Positions 1 through 8,186 of a stretch of 30,252 nt of DNA are shown piece after piece. Each line of letters begins with the position of its first letter. The stretch's first letter is position 1. The translations under genes and the position numbers were made by a program. Under the pieces are notes generated by a model, which was not told the origin of the DNA, did no database searches, and saw only the letters and a list, made by a program, of their open reading frames with translations. Source of the stretch: a virus. The stretch is from positions 1-30,252 of IMG/VR virus record IMGVR_UViG_3300017783_004405. The stretch is one strand, 5' to 3'.

Positions 1-915
1 GATGGACTGGTTGAAGTTGAAACCGTTGAGGTTGAATGCCATGGTGCTAACACCAAGAGCAGTGAACCAGATTCCGACTACAGGCCATGCTGCTAGGAAG
101 AAGTGGAGTGAACGTGAGTTGTTAAAGGATGCATATTGGAAGATCAAACGACCGAAGTAACCATGAGCAGCTACGATGTTGTATGTCTCTTCCTCTTGTC
201 CAAACTTGTAACCATAGTTCTGAGATTCTGTCTCAGTCGTTTCACGAACGAGTGAGGACGTAACCAGTGAACCGTGCATAGCACTGAATAGTGAACCACC
301 GAAGACTCCAGCAACACCGAGCATGTGGAACGGGTGCATGAGAATGTTATGTTCTGCTTGGAATACCAACATGTAGTTGAAGGTTCCCGAAATACCCAAA
401 GGCATAGCATCGGAGAACGAACCTTGACCAAAGGGGTACACCAAGAATACTGCGGACGCAGCCGCAACAGGAGCAGAGTATGCGACACAAATCCAGGGTC
501 TCATACCCAGACGATAGGACAATTCCCACTCACGACCCATGTATGCATAGATGCCAATGAGGAAGTGGAATACTACAAGTTGGAAAGGACCACCGTTATA
601 CAGCCACTCATCGAGTGATGCTGCTTCCCAGATGGGATAGAAGTGAAGACCAATTGCGTTGGAGGATGGGACAACTGCACCAGAGATGATGTTGTTTCCA
701 TACATGAGTGAACCAGCTACGGGTTCACGGATACCGTCAATATCGACGGGAGGTGCTGCTACGAAAGCAACGATGAAGCAGATGGTTGCCGCCAACAGAG
801 TTGGGATCATCAGTACACCAAACCAACCGACATAAAGACGATTGTTAGTTGATGTTACCCACTCGCAGAAATCATTCCACGGGGATGTTTGTTGTCTTGT
901 TAAAGTTGTAGCCAT
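1..915 (-). CDS. psbA: Photosystem II reaction centre protein D1, partial (3' end cut by window edge)
   Basis: Reverse strand from ATG at 915 translates without a stop as [41 protein letters not shown]...[41 protein letters not shown]...[12 protein letters not shown], matching D1. No intron within the visible part. Missing from the ORF track because it runs off the window. Confidence 0.98.
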   Translation of the reverse strand, partial: MATTLTRQQTSPWNDFCEWVTSTNNRLYVGWFGVLMIPTLLAATICFIVAFVAAPPVDIDGIREPVAGSLMYGNNIISGAVVPSSNAIGLHFYPIWEAASLDEWLYNGGPFQLVVFHFLIGIYAYMGREWELSYRLGMRPWICVAYSAPVAAASAVFLVYPFGQGSFSDAMPLGISGTFNYMLVFQAEHNILMHPFHMLGVAGVFGGSLFSAMHGSLVTSSLVRETTETESQNYGYKFGQEEETYNIVAAHGYFGRLIFQYASFNNSRSLHFFLAAWPVVGIWFTALGVSTMAFNLNGFNFNQSI

Positions 916-967
916 TGTTTTGAAAAAGGGTTATGTATAAGTGCGGGGAACACTAGGTAAAATATTC

Positions 968-990
968 CAACTCTACCCTCCAGAGTTGGT
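968..990 (-). promoter_or_regulatory. Perfect 8-bp stem / 7-nt loop hairpin in psbA upstream leader
   Basis: CCAACTCT-ACCCTCC-AGAGTTGG on +; the minus-strand loop reads GGAGGGT. Lies 53 nt upstream of the psbA ATG. Confidence 0.5.
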
Positions 991-1081
991 ATGAGAGACG
1001 TGTTTTATACACCCTAGAGGTCTCGGTTTGAGGGGTGTTAAGTCTTGTTAAGAAATGTGTTGGTTCCTTAACCTGCTGACT

Positions 1082-1089
1082 TATTTATA
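1082..1089 (-). promoter_or_regulatory. T4-type late-promoter-like TATAAATA box upstream of psbA
   Basis: TATTTATA on + = TATAAATA on -, inside TTATTTATAATACTA, which recurs at 14187-14201. Confidence 0.45.
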
Positions 1090-1150
1090 ATACTACGGTT
1101 TCTCCAACCTGTCAAGCATCCTGTTAAGGTGTTTTGAGGTGGTGTCCCGT

Positions 1151-1183
1151 TGACCTCTTTATTATAAGGCATAAAGAGGGTCA
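1151..1183. other. Long inverted repeat (12-bp stem with one bulged G) in the psbA / plus-strand-operon intergenic region
   Basis: TGACCTCTTTAT ... ATAAAGAGGGTCA. Confidence 0.55.
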
Positions 1184-1302
1184 CCCTAAGGGGTCCTGTG
1201 CCACTTCTTATTTTGGATTCTCTCCTCGTCCTCCACCAATTTTATTACCCTTTATTAAAACAATCTGTCTACTAAATATCTATAGCGTAAAGGATTTTCT
1301 AC

Positions 1303-1797
1303 ATGAAAAAATTCCTACCTTTAATAATGCTACTGATGACCGCAAGTGCAGTAAATGCAGGTGGACTTGTATCAAAACACTCCTCTAGTGTTCAACTAAC
1401 TGTTGATGCAGCTAGAACTCAGGCAACAAGAATTGGTTCCTCATTTAGTATTTCAGGAACAAACATCGGTACTACTGATGGCACCACAGCAGATGCTGTT
1501 TCTACTGGCACTATTACCAGTGGAATTTATTCTCCTGGTACTATTGAAGCAGTCCAAGGAACTGCAGAATCTGCTTTCTCTTTCTCTCAGGCTTATACTC
1601 AAGGTGATGCCGTACCAACTGCTGCTCCTACTGTAGGAGCTGTTCCTAACTTCAGTAATGTAACTTCTTATACTGCTGGTACTGCTGGAACATTAGCAGG
1701 TACAGTCACTTCTGCTGGTCTTCTAACCGTGACGGCTGGTGGTGCTGGTTCTAGTGCGACAGGACAATTTGTTTCTGAGATCACTGTTATTGACTAA
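1303..1797 (+). CDS. Putative exported Thr/Ser/Gly/Ala-rich protein of unknown function
   Basis: 164 aa ORF, N-terminal signal peptide-like MKKFLPLIMLLMTASAVNAG; AAAGGA upstream of ATG; low-complexity TAGTAGTLAGTVTSAG segment. Confidence 0.75.
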   Translation: MKKFLPLIMLLMTASAVNAGGLVSKHSSSVQLTVDAARTQATRIGSSFSISGTNIGTTDGTTADAVSTGTITSGIYSPGTIEAVQGTAESAFSFSQAYTQGDAVPTAAPTVGAVPNFSNVTSYTAGTAGTLAGTVTSAGLLTVTAGGAGSSATGQFVSEITVID

Positions 1798-1808
1798 GGA
1801 GATAGATA

Positions 1809-2249
1809 ATGAATACTATGATTCGTTGGTCTGTGATGTCTGTGGTGGGTGTAAGTGTCACACTTGCTCCTGCCCTGGCGGTCCCCGTGGTCCCAAATTT
1901 CTCCCAAGGAAGTATGACCAGTCACACAGAGACAACTCAAAAAATAACAGAAACCATCAATTCGATGGATTACAATACAGGATATCAATATTCTTCAACT
2001 GGTTCTGGAGTTGAACCAGTTAATGGAAATATAAGCCCAACAACAGGCTCTTCCAATGTAACAATAAATGGAGTGAATTCATCATGGACAGGAGTAACAA
2101 ATACACCCACGTTCAAACAAACGACACCAGGAGCAGCGTTCCAGTTTACAGAAACTTATTCAGGACCTGGATTAAGCAACCATACAATTATCCAAAGAGA
2201 AACAGAGGTTACAAGCGTAACAGATACTACAAGTATATTCCAGCAATAA
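1809..2249 (+). CDS. Putative exported Thr/Ser-rich protein of unknown function
   Basis: 146 aa ORF, signal peptide-like MNTMIRWSVMSVVGVSVTLAPALAVP, begins 11 nt after the previous gene; shares VPNFS motif with ORF 1303..1797. Confidence 0.75.
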   Translation: MNTMIRWSVMSVVGVSVTLAPALAVPVVPNFSQGSMTSHTETTQKITETINSMDYNTGYQYSSTGSGVEPVNGNISPTTGSSNVTINGVNSSWTGVTNTPTFKQTTPGAAFQFTETYSGPGLSNHTIIQRETEVTSVTDTTSIFQQ

Positions 2250-2956
2250 TACTAAGTGTACTATTCCCATCCACCTCTCTAGCAGAAACTGTTGGTGGGG
2301 TCAGTGCTACCGCTTCTCCTGTTGCTAACAGTAGTGGTAGCGTCACAAATCAAGCAATCCAGGTTTTGCAGGGTCCCTACATTACGAATACTTATGGAAA
2401 TGGTATTAGTTGTCAAGGACCTACAATGAATTTCACACCATATGTAACTGGAGCAGTATCAGCTCAAAAACCATATCAAGATTACTATAATGACCCAGTA
2501 TACGATGTCACCGATAACTTTGGTGCCTTCGATGCTGAAGGGAATGCTATTGGTGATGGTGTCTTAGATAATCCTGGTGACATCTTGTTCACTAAAAGAA
2601 CTAGAACTGGACAGAAAGATAACTATAATCTAAGTGTCGGATTCTCTGCTACATGGTCTAGACCTTTGGATAAAAAGTTACAAGACCAATGCAAAAAGGC
2701 AGCTGCTGCTAACATCGACATGATGCAACAACTAACTGCCAATAAAAGATTAGACTTCGAGATTGCAAGACTTAAAAACTGCGGAAATCTAATAAAGGAA
2801 GGAATCAGTTTTCATCCTAGAAGTCCTTATTATAAAATTTGTGCTGATGTCGTAGTACAAAACGTCAATGTAATTGCACCACATAGACACACTATTCCTA
2901 ATCCTGGTCCAACATCTAAAAATGCTAAGGATTTAGGTGGTCCAATTACAAATTAA
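2084..2956 (+). CDS. Putative exported protein of unknown function; true start uncertain
   Basis: 290 aa ORF with a signal-like hydrophobic stretch (KYIPAIILSVLFPSTSLAET) beginning about 50 codons after the only in-frame ATG; overlaps the previous gene by 166 nt in another frame. Confidence 0.7.
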   Translation: MDRSNKYTHVQTNDTRSSVPVYRNLFRTWIKQPYNYPKRNRGYKRNRYYKYIPAIILSVLFPSTSLAETVGGVSATASPVANSSGSVTNQAIQVLQGPYITNTYGNGISCQGPTMNFTPYVTGAVSAQKPYQDYYNDPVYDVTDNFGAFDAEGNAIGDGVLDNPGDILFTKRTRTGQKDNYNLSVGFSATWSRPLDKKLQDQCKKAAAANIDMMQQLTANKRLDFEIARLKNCGNLIKEGISFHPRSPYYKICADVVVQNVNVIAPHRHTIPNPGPTSKNAKDLGGPITN

Positions 2957-3138
2957 AAAAGTCCGTTTTTAATATCTTCTAGACGGTCTTCTGAACAAAG
3001 ACAAGCAGTGTAATCAGGATAATACTTTTTCATTATTGCAGGAATACCTTTTGCAGTAATACTACTATTACAAACAATCCAGACTTCCTTCTTTCCTTCA
3101 AGGATATGATGATTAAGTGGGAACTCTGGATTTTTCAT
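2953..3138 (-). CDS. Hypothetical protein
   Basis: 61 aa ORF in minus-strand gene chain; stop overlaps the convergent + ORF by 4 nt. Confidence 0.5.
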   Translation of the reverse strand: MKNPEFPLNHHILEGKKEVWIVCNSSITAKGIPAIMKKYYPDYTACLCSEDRLEDIKNGLF

Positions 3139-3539
3139 TTGATATAATCTCCTTTCTTTATAACCTCATAATCCTGAAGTATACCAAATCTAAAATGAAT
3201 ACGACATTCTGGCCAGTCTCTCCATTCACCTGACCACTTTTCAGGATAAATTACTACGTATTTTGTAATAGGATACTGTTTTACCCTTCCTCGCAAACCA
3301 TTTGATTCCCATCTATATTTCAGCCACTTATGCTTTGCATCCTTCACTTCATCATCAGAAATTTCAACAAAGTCTGCTGTATTTGAATAGTCAATATGAT
3401 ACAAACATCCAGAAGGTGAAATCCAATATTGAGACATAGTGCCACCTATGTCATTGTATTCTATATCTTTTGTTTGGCACTGTTCTGTAAAGTTATCATC
3501 AATGGGATAAGAGCACCTTACATAATCAAACATTCCCAT
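3135..3539 (-). CDS. Hypothetical phage protein
   Basis: 134 aa ORF (MGMFDYVRCSYPI...), ATG overlaps the stop of the upstream small ORF. Confidence 0.7.
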   Translation of the reverse strand: MGMFDYVRCSYPIDDNFTEQCQTKDIEYNDIGGTMSQYWISPSGCLYHIDYSNTADFVEISDDEVKDAKHKWLKYRWESNGLRGRVKQYPITKYVVIYPEKWSGEWRDWPECRIHFRFGILQDYEVIKKGDYIK

Positions 3540-3706
3540 CAGACATTCTCCTCAAGACACATTGCTTCTATTTCTTCTTCTGTATGTTGAGGGCAATCTG
3601 GATTTTCAAGACGTTCACGTCTTACTGCATCGTAAATGCCTGCCTTTTTTTGAAGGATTGTAGTTTGAGTTTCTGCCTCATAATTACTTTCGTTTTTATC
3701 TTTCAT
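3539..3706 (-). CDS. Small hypothetical protein (55 aa, not in ORF track)
   Basis: Manual translation MKDKNESNYEAETQTTILQKKAGIYDAVRRERLENPDCPQHTEEEIEAMCLEENV*; TGATG stop/start overlap with downstream gene. Confidence 0.55.
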   Translation of the reverse strand: MKDKNESNYEAETQTTILQKKAGIYDAVRRERLENPDCPQHTEEEIEAMCLEENV

Positions 3707-4533
3707 TTAGTTTTAGATTTCAACGTCTGCCTTAATTCCATTATAGCACGATTTCTATCTCTCTGTTCATTTATGCGTTCAGATCGTGACAATACTTTAG
3801 GAGTTTTTCCACGTAAGGTAGCAATCTTTTTCATAACTTTCTTAACCGTTGGTTTGACTACTTTCAACAGTATGTCTGCCAACGGTTTTGCTAGTAGTGC
3901 TGATGATGTAGCAATAACAGCAATACCACCTACCTGCATAACTTGACCACCACTAGGTAGACCAGCAAGAATTTGTGTAGGCAATGGAACTGGTTCTGTT
4001 ATCTGAACACACGTCTTATCAATGAGTTTATAACCAACAACTTCCTTTCTAAAACCTTCTACTAATGTTCCTACAGGTTCTTGTGCCTGCTGTACTTTAG
4101 TAGGGCATTCTACGGCAGCAGTAGCAACAGGTTCTATACCTTTTGCTTTTGGAACTTCTGGAGTTGGTGGTTTAGGTGAATCAGTTTTCGTAACAGGAAG
4201 TTGGTTCTCTTCCCGAAAAACCATTTTGTCTGGCTCATACCGAATAGGATTGAATGATGGCATTTGACCATCACAATAAGTTTTTACACCCTTTGGATCA
4301 TCTTCTGATAAAACACCACTTTTTTCTCTTTTGGAATTTTGTTCATGTGCTTCAACACATCCAGGAACATCAACAATAGGACTTCCAATGTTGACTGTTA
4401 CTGGAGGAGGAATAGAGGTAAAAGAGTTTACTTTAGATGGATCAAATACTGGAATAGAATTAACACCAATTTCATTTATTGTAATGCCAATATTACGTAT
4501 TTGCCCACTACCAATCTCAGGAATTTCAGGCAT
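3703..4533 (-). CDS. Hypothetical Pro-rich protein with hydrophobic segment
   Basis: 276 aa ORF (MPEIPEIGSGQIRNIGITINEIGVNSIPVFDP...), hydrophobic GGIAVIATSSALLAKPLADILL and basic C-terminus. Confidence 0.7.
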   Translation of the reverse strand: MPEIPEIGSGQIRNIGITINEIGVNSIPVFDPSKVNSFTSIPPPVTVNIGSPIVDVPGCVEAHEQNSKREKSGVLSEDDPKGVKTYCDGQMPSFNPIRYEPDKMVFREENQLPVTKTDSPKPPTPEVPKAKGIEPVATAAVECPTKVQQAQEPVGTLVEGFRKEVVGYKLIDKTCVQITEPVPLPTQILAGLPSGGQVMQVGGIAVIATSSALLAKPLADILLKVVKPTVKKVMKKIATLRGKTPKVLSRSERINEQRDRNRAIMELRQTLKSKTK

Positions 4534-4646
4534 CAGTCCTCAAATAATTTAAAAATTCCTGTCCAAATAGAATGGAAGAATACATACAGGAAAAATGTTT
4601 CAGTCGCTTCCTTCTTTGCTTGCTTCTTGTAAGTTGATGTAGCCAT
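4533..4646 (-). CDS. Small hypothetical protein (37 aa)
   Basis: MATSTYKKQAKKEATETFFLYVFFHSIWTGIFKLFED*; TGATG overlap with downstream ORF. Confidence 0.4.
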   Translation of the reverse strand: MATSTYKKQAKKEATETFFLYVFFHSIWTGIFKLFED

Positions 4647-4696
4647 AATGTGTATAATAACTATACTTATTTAACAGATCTCAGTCAATTCTCAGA

Positions 4697-5335
4697 TTAG
4701 CAGTCATTAAATACTGACCCAACTGTAGAACCTAGTGATGATCCTGCTTTCTGTCCTAGTAACAGTGCCCATCCACCTGCTAACCATCCAACATATGGAA
4801 TACTAGCAAGAGCGGGAACAGCAACACCAGCAGCAATTGCACTACCTGCCATTGCACCTTGACTCCGTGCTCCAGCGTCCGCCACGATACACTCTACGTC
4901 TTTCGCAGACTTTCCCTCGCCATCTAATGTGGCACCTCCTAGATTTCTAGTGCCATCCATAGTGAACTGGTCAACACGCCACTCACGACGACTCTCACTA
5001 CCACCACCAAAAAATCCTTTTTTATTACTATCAGAAGATAATGACCTCTGCGATTCTAAGATAGCAGGATCATTTGCACGATACTCAATTTCATATCCAT
5101 CCTTACCTGCTTTAATTGTGTAGGAAGAATAGTCTCCACGAGGAATATTGATAGTAGGAACTTGAGGAAGTTCTGGTTCTTGTGGTTTGTTAATTACATA
5201 ACCAAGTAAACCTAGATGTGCTAAAGCAAATGCAGATCCTAAAGCAAGGGCAATAACTTTGACTGGTGACTTGCTCGGTACATGCTCAGTAACTTGCTCG
5301 GTGACTTGCTCGGTCGATTTCTTGGAATTAAACAT
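4697..5335 (-). CDS. Putative membrane protein with C-terminal glycine-zipper-like region
   Basis: 212 aa; N-terminal TM (VIALALGSAFALAHLGLLGYV) and C-terminal AMAGSAIAAGVAVPALASIPYVGWLAGGWALLLGQKAGSSLGSTVGS. Confidence 0.65.
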   Translation of the reverse strand: MFNSKKSTEQVTEQVTEHVPSKSPVKVIALALGSAFALAHLGLLGYVINKPQEPELPQVPTINIPRGDYSSYTIKAGKDGYEIEYRANDPAILESQRSLSSDSNKKGFFGGGSESRREWRVDQFTMDGTRNLGGATLDGEGKSAKDVECIVADAGARSQGAMAGSAIAAGVAVPALASIPYVGWLAGGWALLLGQKAGSSLGSTVGSVFNDC

Positions 5336-5337
5336 GG

Positions 5338-5598
5338 TTAGAATGGGATAGCAGGACCAGTTACAGAAGGAGGTGCAACATCACCAGTCATTGATGGAAC
5401 CTCTGGGATACCTGGCATTGCTGCATCAATTAAACCAGGAAGTGCTCCCGTAATTGCCTCTGCTGCTGCCTGTGCTACTTTCTCTCTAGCATCTTCAATT
5501 AGTGTGTCTGCGTTTTTATAAAGATAAACACCACCAACAACAACACTCAACGAAACAACTCCAGAAAGAAGTGCGATTACATTAATTACTTTTTGCAT
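5338..5598 (-). CDS. Small membrane-anchored hypothetical protein
   Basis: 86 aa; N-terminal TM (INVIALLSGVVSLSVVVGGVYLY). Confidence 0.6.
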   Translation of the reverse strand: MQKVINVIALLSGVVSLSVVVGGVYLYKNADTLIEDAREKVAQAAAEAITGALPGLIDAAMPGIPEVPSMTGDVAPPSVTGPAIPF

Positions 5599-5600
5599 TT

Positions 5601-5777
5601 TTAAATACCTTTATTACTATCGGGACTTGGTATCATTTGATATGATAATTTATCCCGTAATTTATTTACTCTTTCTACATCATATTGTGCAAAATGCCCT
5701 CTTTTTTCTACATGTTTATAGTAATGAAGAGCATTCTGAATGATTGTAAAATCCTCCATAGTAAGTTGAAAATTCAT
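5601..5777 (-). CDS. Small hypothetical protein (58 aa, not in ORF track)
   Basis: MNFQLTMEDFTIIQNALHYYKHVEKRGHFAQYDVERVNKLRDKLSYQMIPSPDSNKGI*; ATGA overlap with the nuclease gene. Confidence 0.55.
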   Translation of the reverse strand: MNFQLTMEDFTIIQNALHYYKHVEKRGHFAQYDVERVNKLRDKLSYQMIPSPDSNKGI

Positions 5778-6235
5778 TCTACTAGGGTTCCATGTTCTCT
5801 ACGAATCACACGTAGTGCTTCTAAGTTCATGTCCTTAGTACCACCATCATATGGATGAGCATAACCTTCAGTAATCATTTGCTCGTTAAGGGACACACTG
5901 TCGTCCCCAATGTAAAGCCAACCCAGAAGACGCCCGTATTTGCCAACGCCACCAACAAGTTCAGTCCTAACAGACAACTCATCATCACCAGCCAACGTGC
6001 CTTCGAGTTTCTCTTTGAGCCAGTTTGTTGCGTCGATTCCAAGTGCTTTCTCCTCTAAGTTTTTCGTCCTTTTCTCTGGCGTATCAACTCCTGCAACTCT
6101 AACTCTTTCTTTCTTGTATAAATCAAACCCGAGGTCAATAGTGACATCGATAGTATCACCGTCAAGAACACGATTGATCTCCGTCACTCGGAAGTTGTAG
6201 CAGCTCTTCCTGCTCGGTGGTGTCATTGCTCCCAT
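5774..6235 (-). CDS. Staphylococcal nuclease-like (thermonuclease/SNase) protein
   Basis: Motifs VLDGDTIDVTIDLGFDLYKKERVRVAGVDTPE, KYGRLLGWLYI, LNEQMITEGYAHPYDGG. Track ORF begins at a TTG at 6253; the first ATG is at 6235. Confidence 0.85.
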   Translation of the reverse strand: MGAMTPPSRKSCYNFRVTEINRVLDGDTIDVTIDLGFDLYKKERVRVAGVDTPEKRTKNLEEKALGIDATNWLKEKLEGTLAGDDELSVRTELVGGVGKYGRLLGWLYIGDDSVSLNEQMITEGYAHPYDGGTKDMNLEALRVIRREHGTLVE

Positions 6236-6368
6236 AAGATTCTCTTTTATCAACTCCTAGTATATAGTAGATACTATAACCAGCCATACAAAGAGAAAGA
6301 AAGACCATAAAAATGACCGACCACACAGGATCGTTTACATTAGTATGTGGATGTAATAGTAAATTCAT
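6162..6368 (-). CDS. Small membrane protein, hypothetical
   Basis: 68 aa with one TM (VWSVIFMVFLSLCMAGYSIYYI); overlaps the SNase gene start. Confidence 0.45.
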   Translation of the reverse strand: MNLLLHPHTNVNDPVWSVIFMVFLSLCMAGYSIYYILGVDKRESYGSNDTTEQEELLQLPSDGDQSCS

Positions 6369-6392
6369 TGACCGAGAGCAATTATTTTAATT

Positions 6393-6515
6393 TTATTCAT
6401 CATCCTCCTCTGGTTCGTAAAATGGACAAGGTTCTTCAAATAGGTGTTCCATCCTAAGTTGGTATACCCTTTCTCTTAGTGATTTATAAAACTCTCTTAA
6501 TTCGTCTTCATTCAT
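6393..6515 (-). CDS. Small acidic hypothetical protein (40 aa)
   Basis: MNEDELREFYKSLRERVYQLRMEHLFEEPCPFYEPEEDDE*; overlaps stop of the upstream ORF. Confidence 0.45.
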   Translation of the reverse strand: MNEDELREFYKSLRERVYQLRMEHLFEEPCPFYEPEEDDE

Positions 6516-6718
6516 TTATGTTTCTTGTTAAATGGTTCCCAGTGTTCCCATCCATACTTATGAACTGCCCACATTCCTATGATGGGGACAAAGACTAAAA
6601 TGGTTGAGAGGAATCCTAATCCGTATGGGTTATTTAATACAACCCCACAGAATCTAGCAAACTGTAACATCATTCTTGAAAAACCGATAAGATGAATAGA
6701 AATAATCCGAAGAAACAA
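6512..6718 (-). CDS. Small membrane protein, hypothetical
   Basis: 68 aa; TM-like YGLGFLSTILVFVPIIGMWAV. Confidence 0.5.
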   Translation of the reverse strand: MFLRIISIHLIGFSRMMLQFARFCGVVLNNPYGLGFLSTILVFVPIIGMWAVHKYGWEHWEPFNKKHK

Positions 6719-6748
6719 ACTAATCCAATTAAAATAAAAGGAATATAA

Positions 6749-6841
6749 TTAGCTAGGATATGCATGGTACAACCCCCAGACAACAAAACATGCAACTGAA
6801 GAAAATATAATTGTTGCTGAAATACTAGTTACTGGTTTCAT
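6749..6841 (-). CDS. Tiny membrane peptide (30 aa)
   Basis: MKPVTSISATIIFSSVACFVVWGLYHAYPS*, in the gap between neighbouring minus-strand ORFs. Confidence 0.35.
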   Translation of the reverse strand: MKPVTSISATIIFSSVACFVVWGLYHAYPS

Positions 6842-7130
6842 TTCTTTTTTTCCAAAGATTTAGAAAATAACGATCTACTTTATACAAATCACCGACTGGT
6901 GGTTGCTCTTCAATCTTAGACCATTCATTACAGAATGCTCGCATTTCTGGTGTTATACCATAAGGTAAAAACATTCTACCGAAAGAAGACATTGCAAAAG
7001 CAAATCTCATTCTAATGCGCTGTTCCATTTCCTGAGTAGGCGTCGGTTTCATAATAGTTATTCTCACCTTTTCTGTGCCCGAAATATGCGGTGGCACATA
7101 TAAAGGGTAGTGATCCGAAAAGTAGGACAT
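6825..7130 (-). CDS. Hypothetical protein
   Basis: 101 aa ORF in minus-strand gene chain. Confidence 0.65.
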   Translation of the reverse strand: MSYFSDHYPLYVPPHISGTEKVRITIMKPTPTQEMEQRIRMRFAFAMSSFGRMFLPYGITPEMRAFCNEWSKIEEQPPVGDLYKVDRYFLNLWKKRNETSN

Positions 7131-7139
7131 GTGCTAAAG

Positions 7140-8186
7140 TCATCTTACGTTGTGTCCTCCGAACATATACCGCATTCCATTCAATACCTTTCTTCCAAAT
7201 ACACCCAATGAACGAGAGTTAAAACGCTCATACAACGCTGTAGTAATGACAGGAGCGGGGACACCCAAATCGACAGCGGCATGAACAGTCCAACGACCCT
7301 CACCACTATCGGAAACTCCTCCAGAGAACTCATCAAGCTCAGAATTGCTCCGTAATACATCAGAAGTAAGATCGAGTAACCAAGACCCAACAACAGAACC
7401 ACGACGCCAAAGCTCAGCAACCTCAGCACAATCAACATCATATTGATAATCTTCTGGATTCTCCATTGGAGCCACCTCAGCATCACCTGCCTTGACGTAC
7501 TTGCTCCCAGCATTAGCTTCATGCAGGATATTAAATCCTTCTGCGTATGCTTGCATGATTCCATACTCAACACCATTATGAACCATTTTTACAAAGTGAC
7601 CTGCACCAGGTCCCCCACAATGCAACCAACCATACTCAGCACTGGTTGCCCTTGTATAAGGGTCTGTGCGGGTTGCAGCGGCAATACCAGGTGCGAGTGC
7701 TCTGAAAATTGGAGCACAGACTGATACTGCTGTATCTGAACCACCAACCATAAGACAGAATCCACGGTCCAAACCGTAAACACCACCACTAGTACCACAG
7801 TCAATATACTGGATACCCAGTTTCTCAAGACGGAGTGCTCTCCTCCTTGAATCCTTAAAATTGGAATTGCCATGATCAATAACAATATCTCCATCACTAA
7901 GAAATGGTAGTAAGTCATTGATAGTTTCCTCTACTAATTCTGCAGGAATAACAAGTTGAAAAATACCAGGAACCTTACCAGCACTAGTGAATTGCTTGCC
8001 GTCAGATTTAACTGCCTGAACAAGACTTTGTAATGAAGTAGTAACACCACTTACATATCCTGCCTCATATTGTTCACATGCTTTCTCGTAGTTATTTCTA
8101 TAACCCCAGACTTCATGTCCATCCTTAATCATGCGGCGGGACATACCCTCACCCATTCTACCCAATCCAATCATTCCAACTTTCAT
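7140..8186 (-). CDS. gnd: 6-phosphogluconate dehydrogenase (decarboxylating), short form
   Basis: MKVGMIGLGRMGEGMSRRMIKDGHEVWGY (Rossmann), DHGNSNFKDSRRR, IDCGTSGGVYGLDRGFCLMVGG, GPGAGHFVKMVHNGVEYGIMQAYAEGF. Confidence 0.97.
   Translation of the reverse strand: MKVGMIGLGRMGEGMSRRMIKDGHEVWGYRNNYEKACEQYEAGYVSGVTTSLQSLVQAVKSDGKQFTSAGKVPGIFQLVIPAELVEETINDLLPFLSDGDIVIDHGNSNFKDSRRRALRLEKLGIQYIDCGTSGGVYGLDRGFCLMVGGSDTAVSVCAPIFRALAPGIAAATRTDPYTRATSAEYGWLHCGGPGAGHFVKMVHNGVEYGIMQAYAEGFNILHEANAGSKYVKAGDAEVAPMENPEDYQYDVDCAEVAELWRRGSVVGSWLLDLTSDVLRSNSELDEFSGGVSDSGEGRWTVHAAVDLGVPAPVITTALYERFNSRSLGVFGRKVLNGMRYMFGGHNVR

Noticed and set aside
171-618. ORFs 171..488 (-), 325..618 (+) and 347..529 (-)
   Set aside because: All lie out of frame or antisense within the clear psbA (D1) coding frame.
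1134-2014. Track ORFs 1134..1388, 1403..1636, 1739..2014 (+) and 1794..1988 (-)
   Set aside because: They overlap the better-supported signal-peptide ORFs 1303..1797 and 1809..2249 in other frames and have low-complexity or Cys/His-rich shadow-frame composition.
4331-4632. Plus ORFs 4331..4552 and 4339..4632
   Set aside because: Antisense to the 276-aa minus ORF; low-complexity Asn/Thr-rich products.
5284-5325. Tandem repeat TTGCTCGGT(G/A)AC as a CRISPR-like or regulatory repeat
   Set aside because: Only about three imperfect 12-nt copies in frame within a coding sequence (TEQVTEQVTEHV); no spacers.
7181-7918. ORFs 7181..7576, 7443..7724 and 7589..7918
   Set aside because: Shadow ORFs over gnd, which has a full-length conserved frame.
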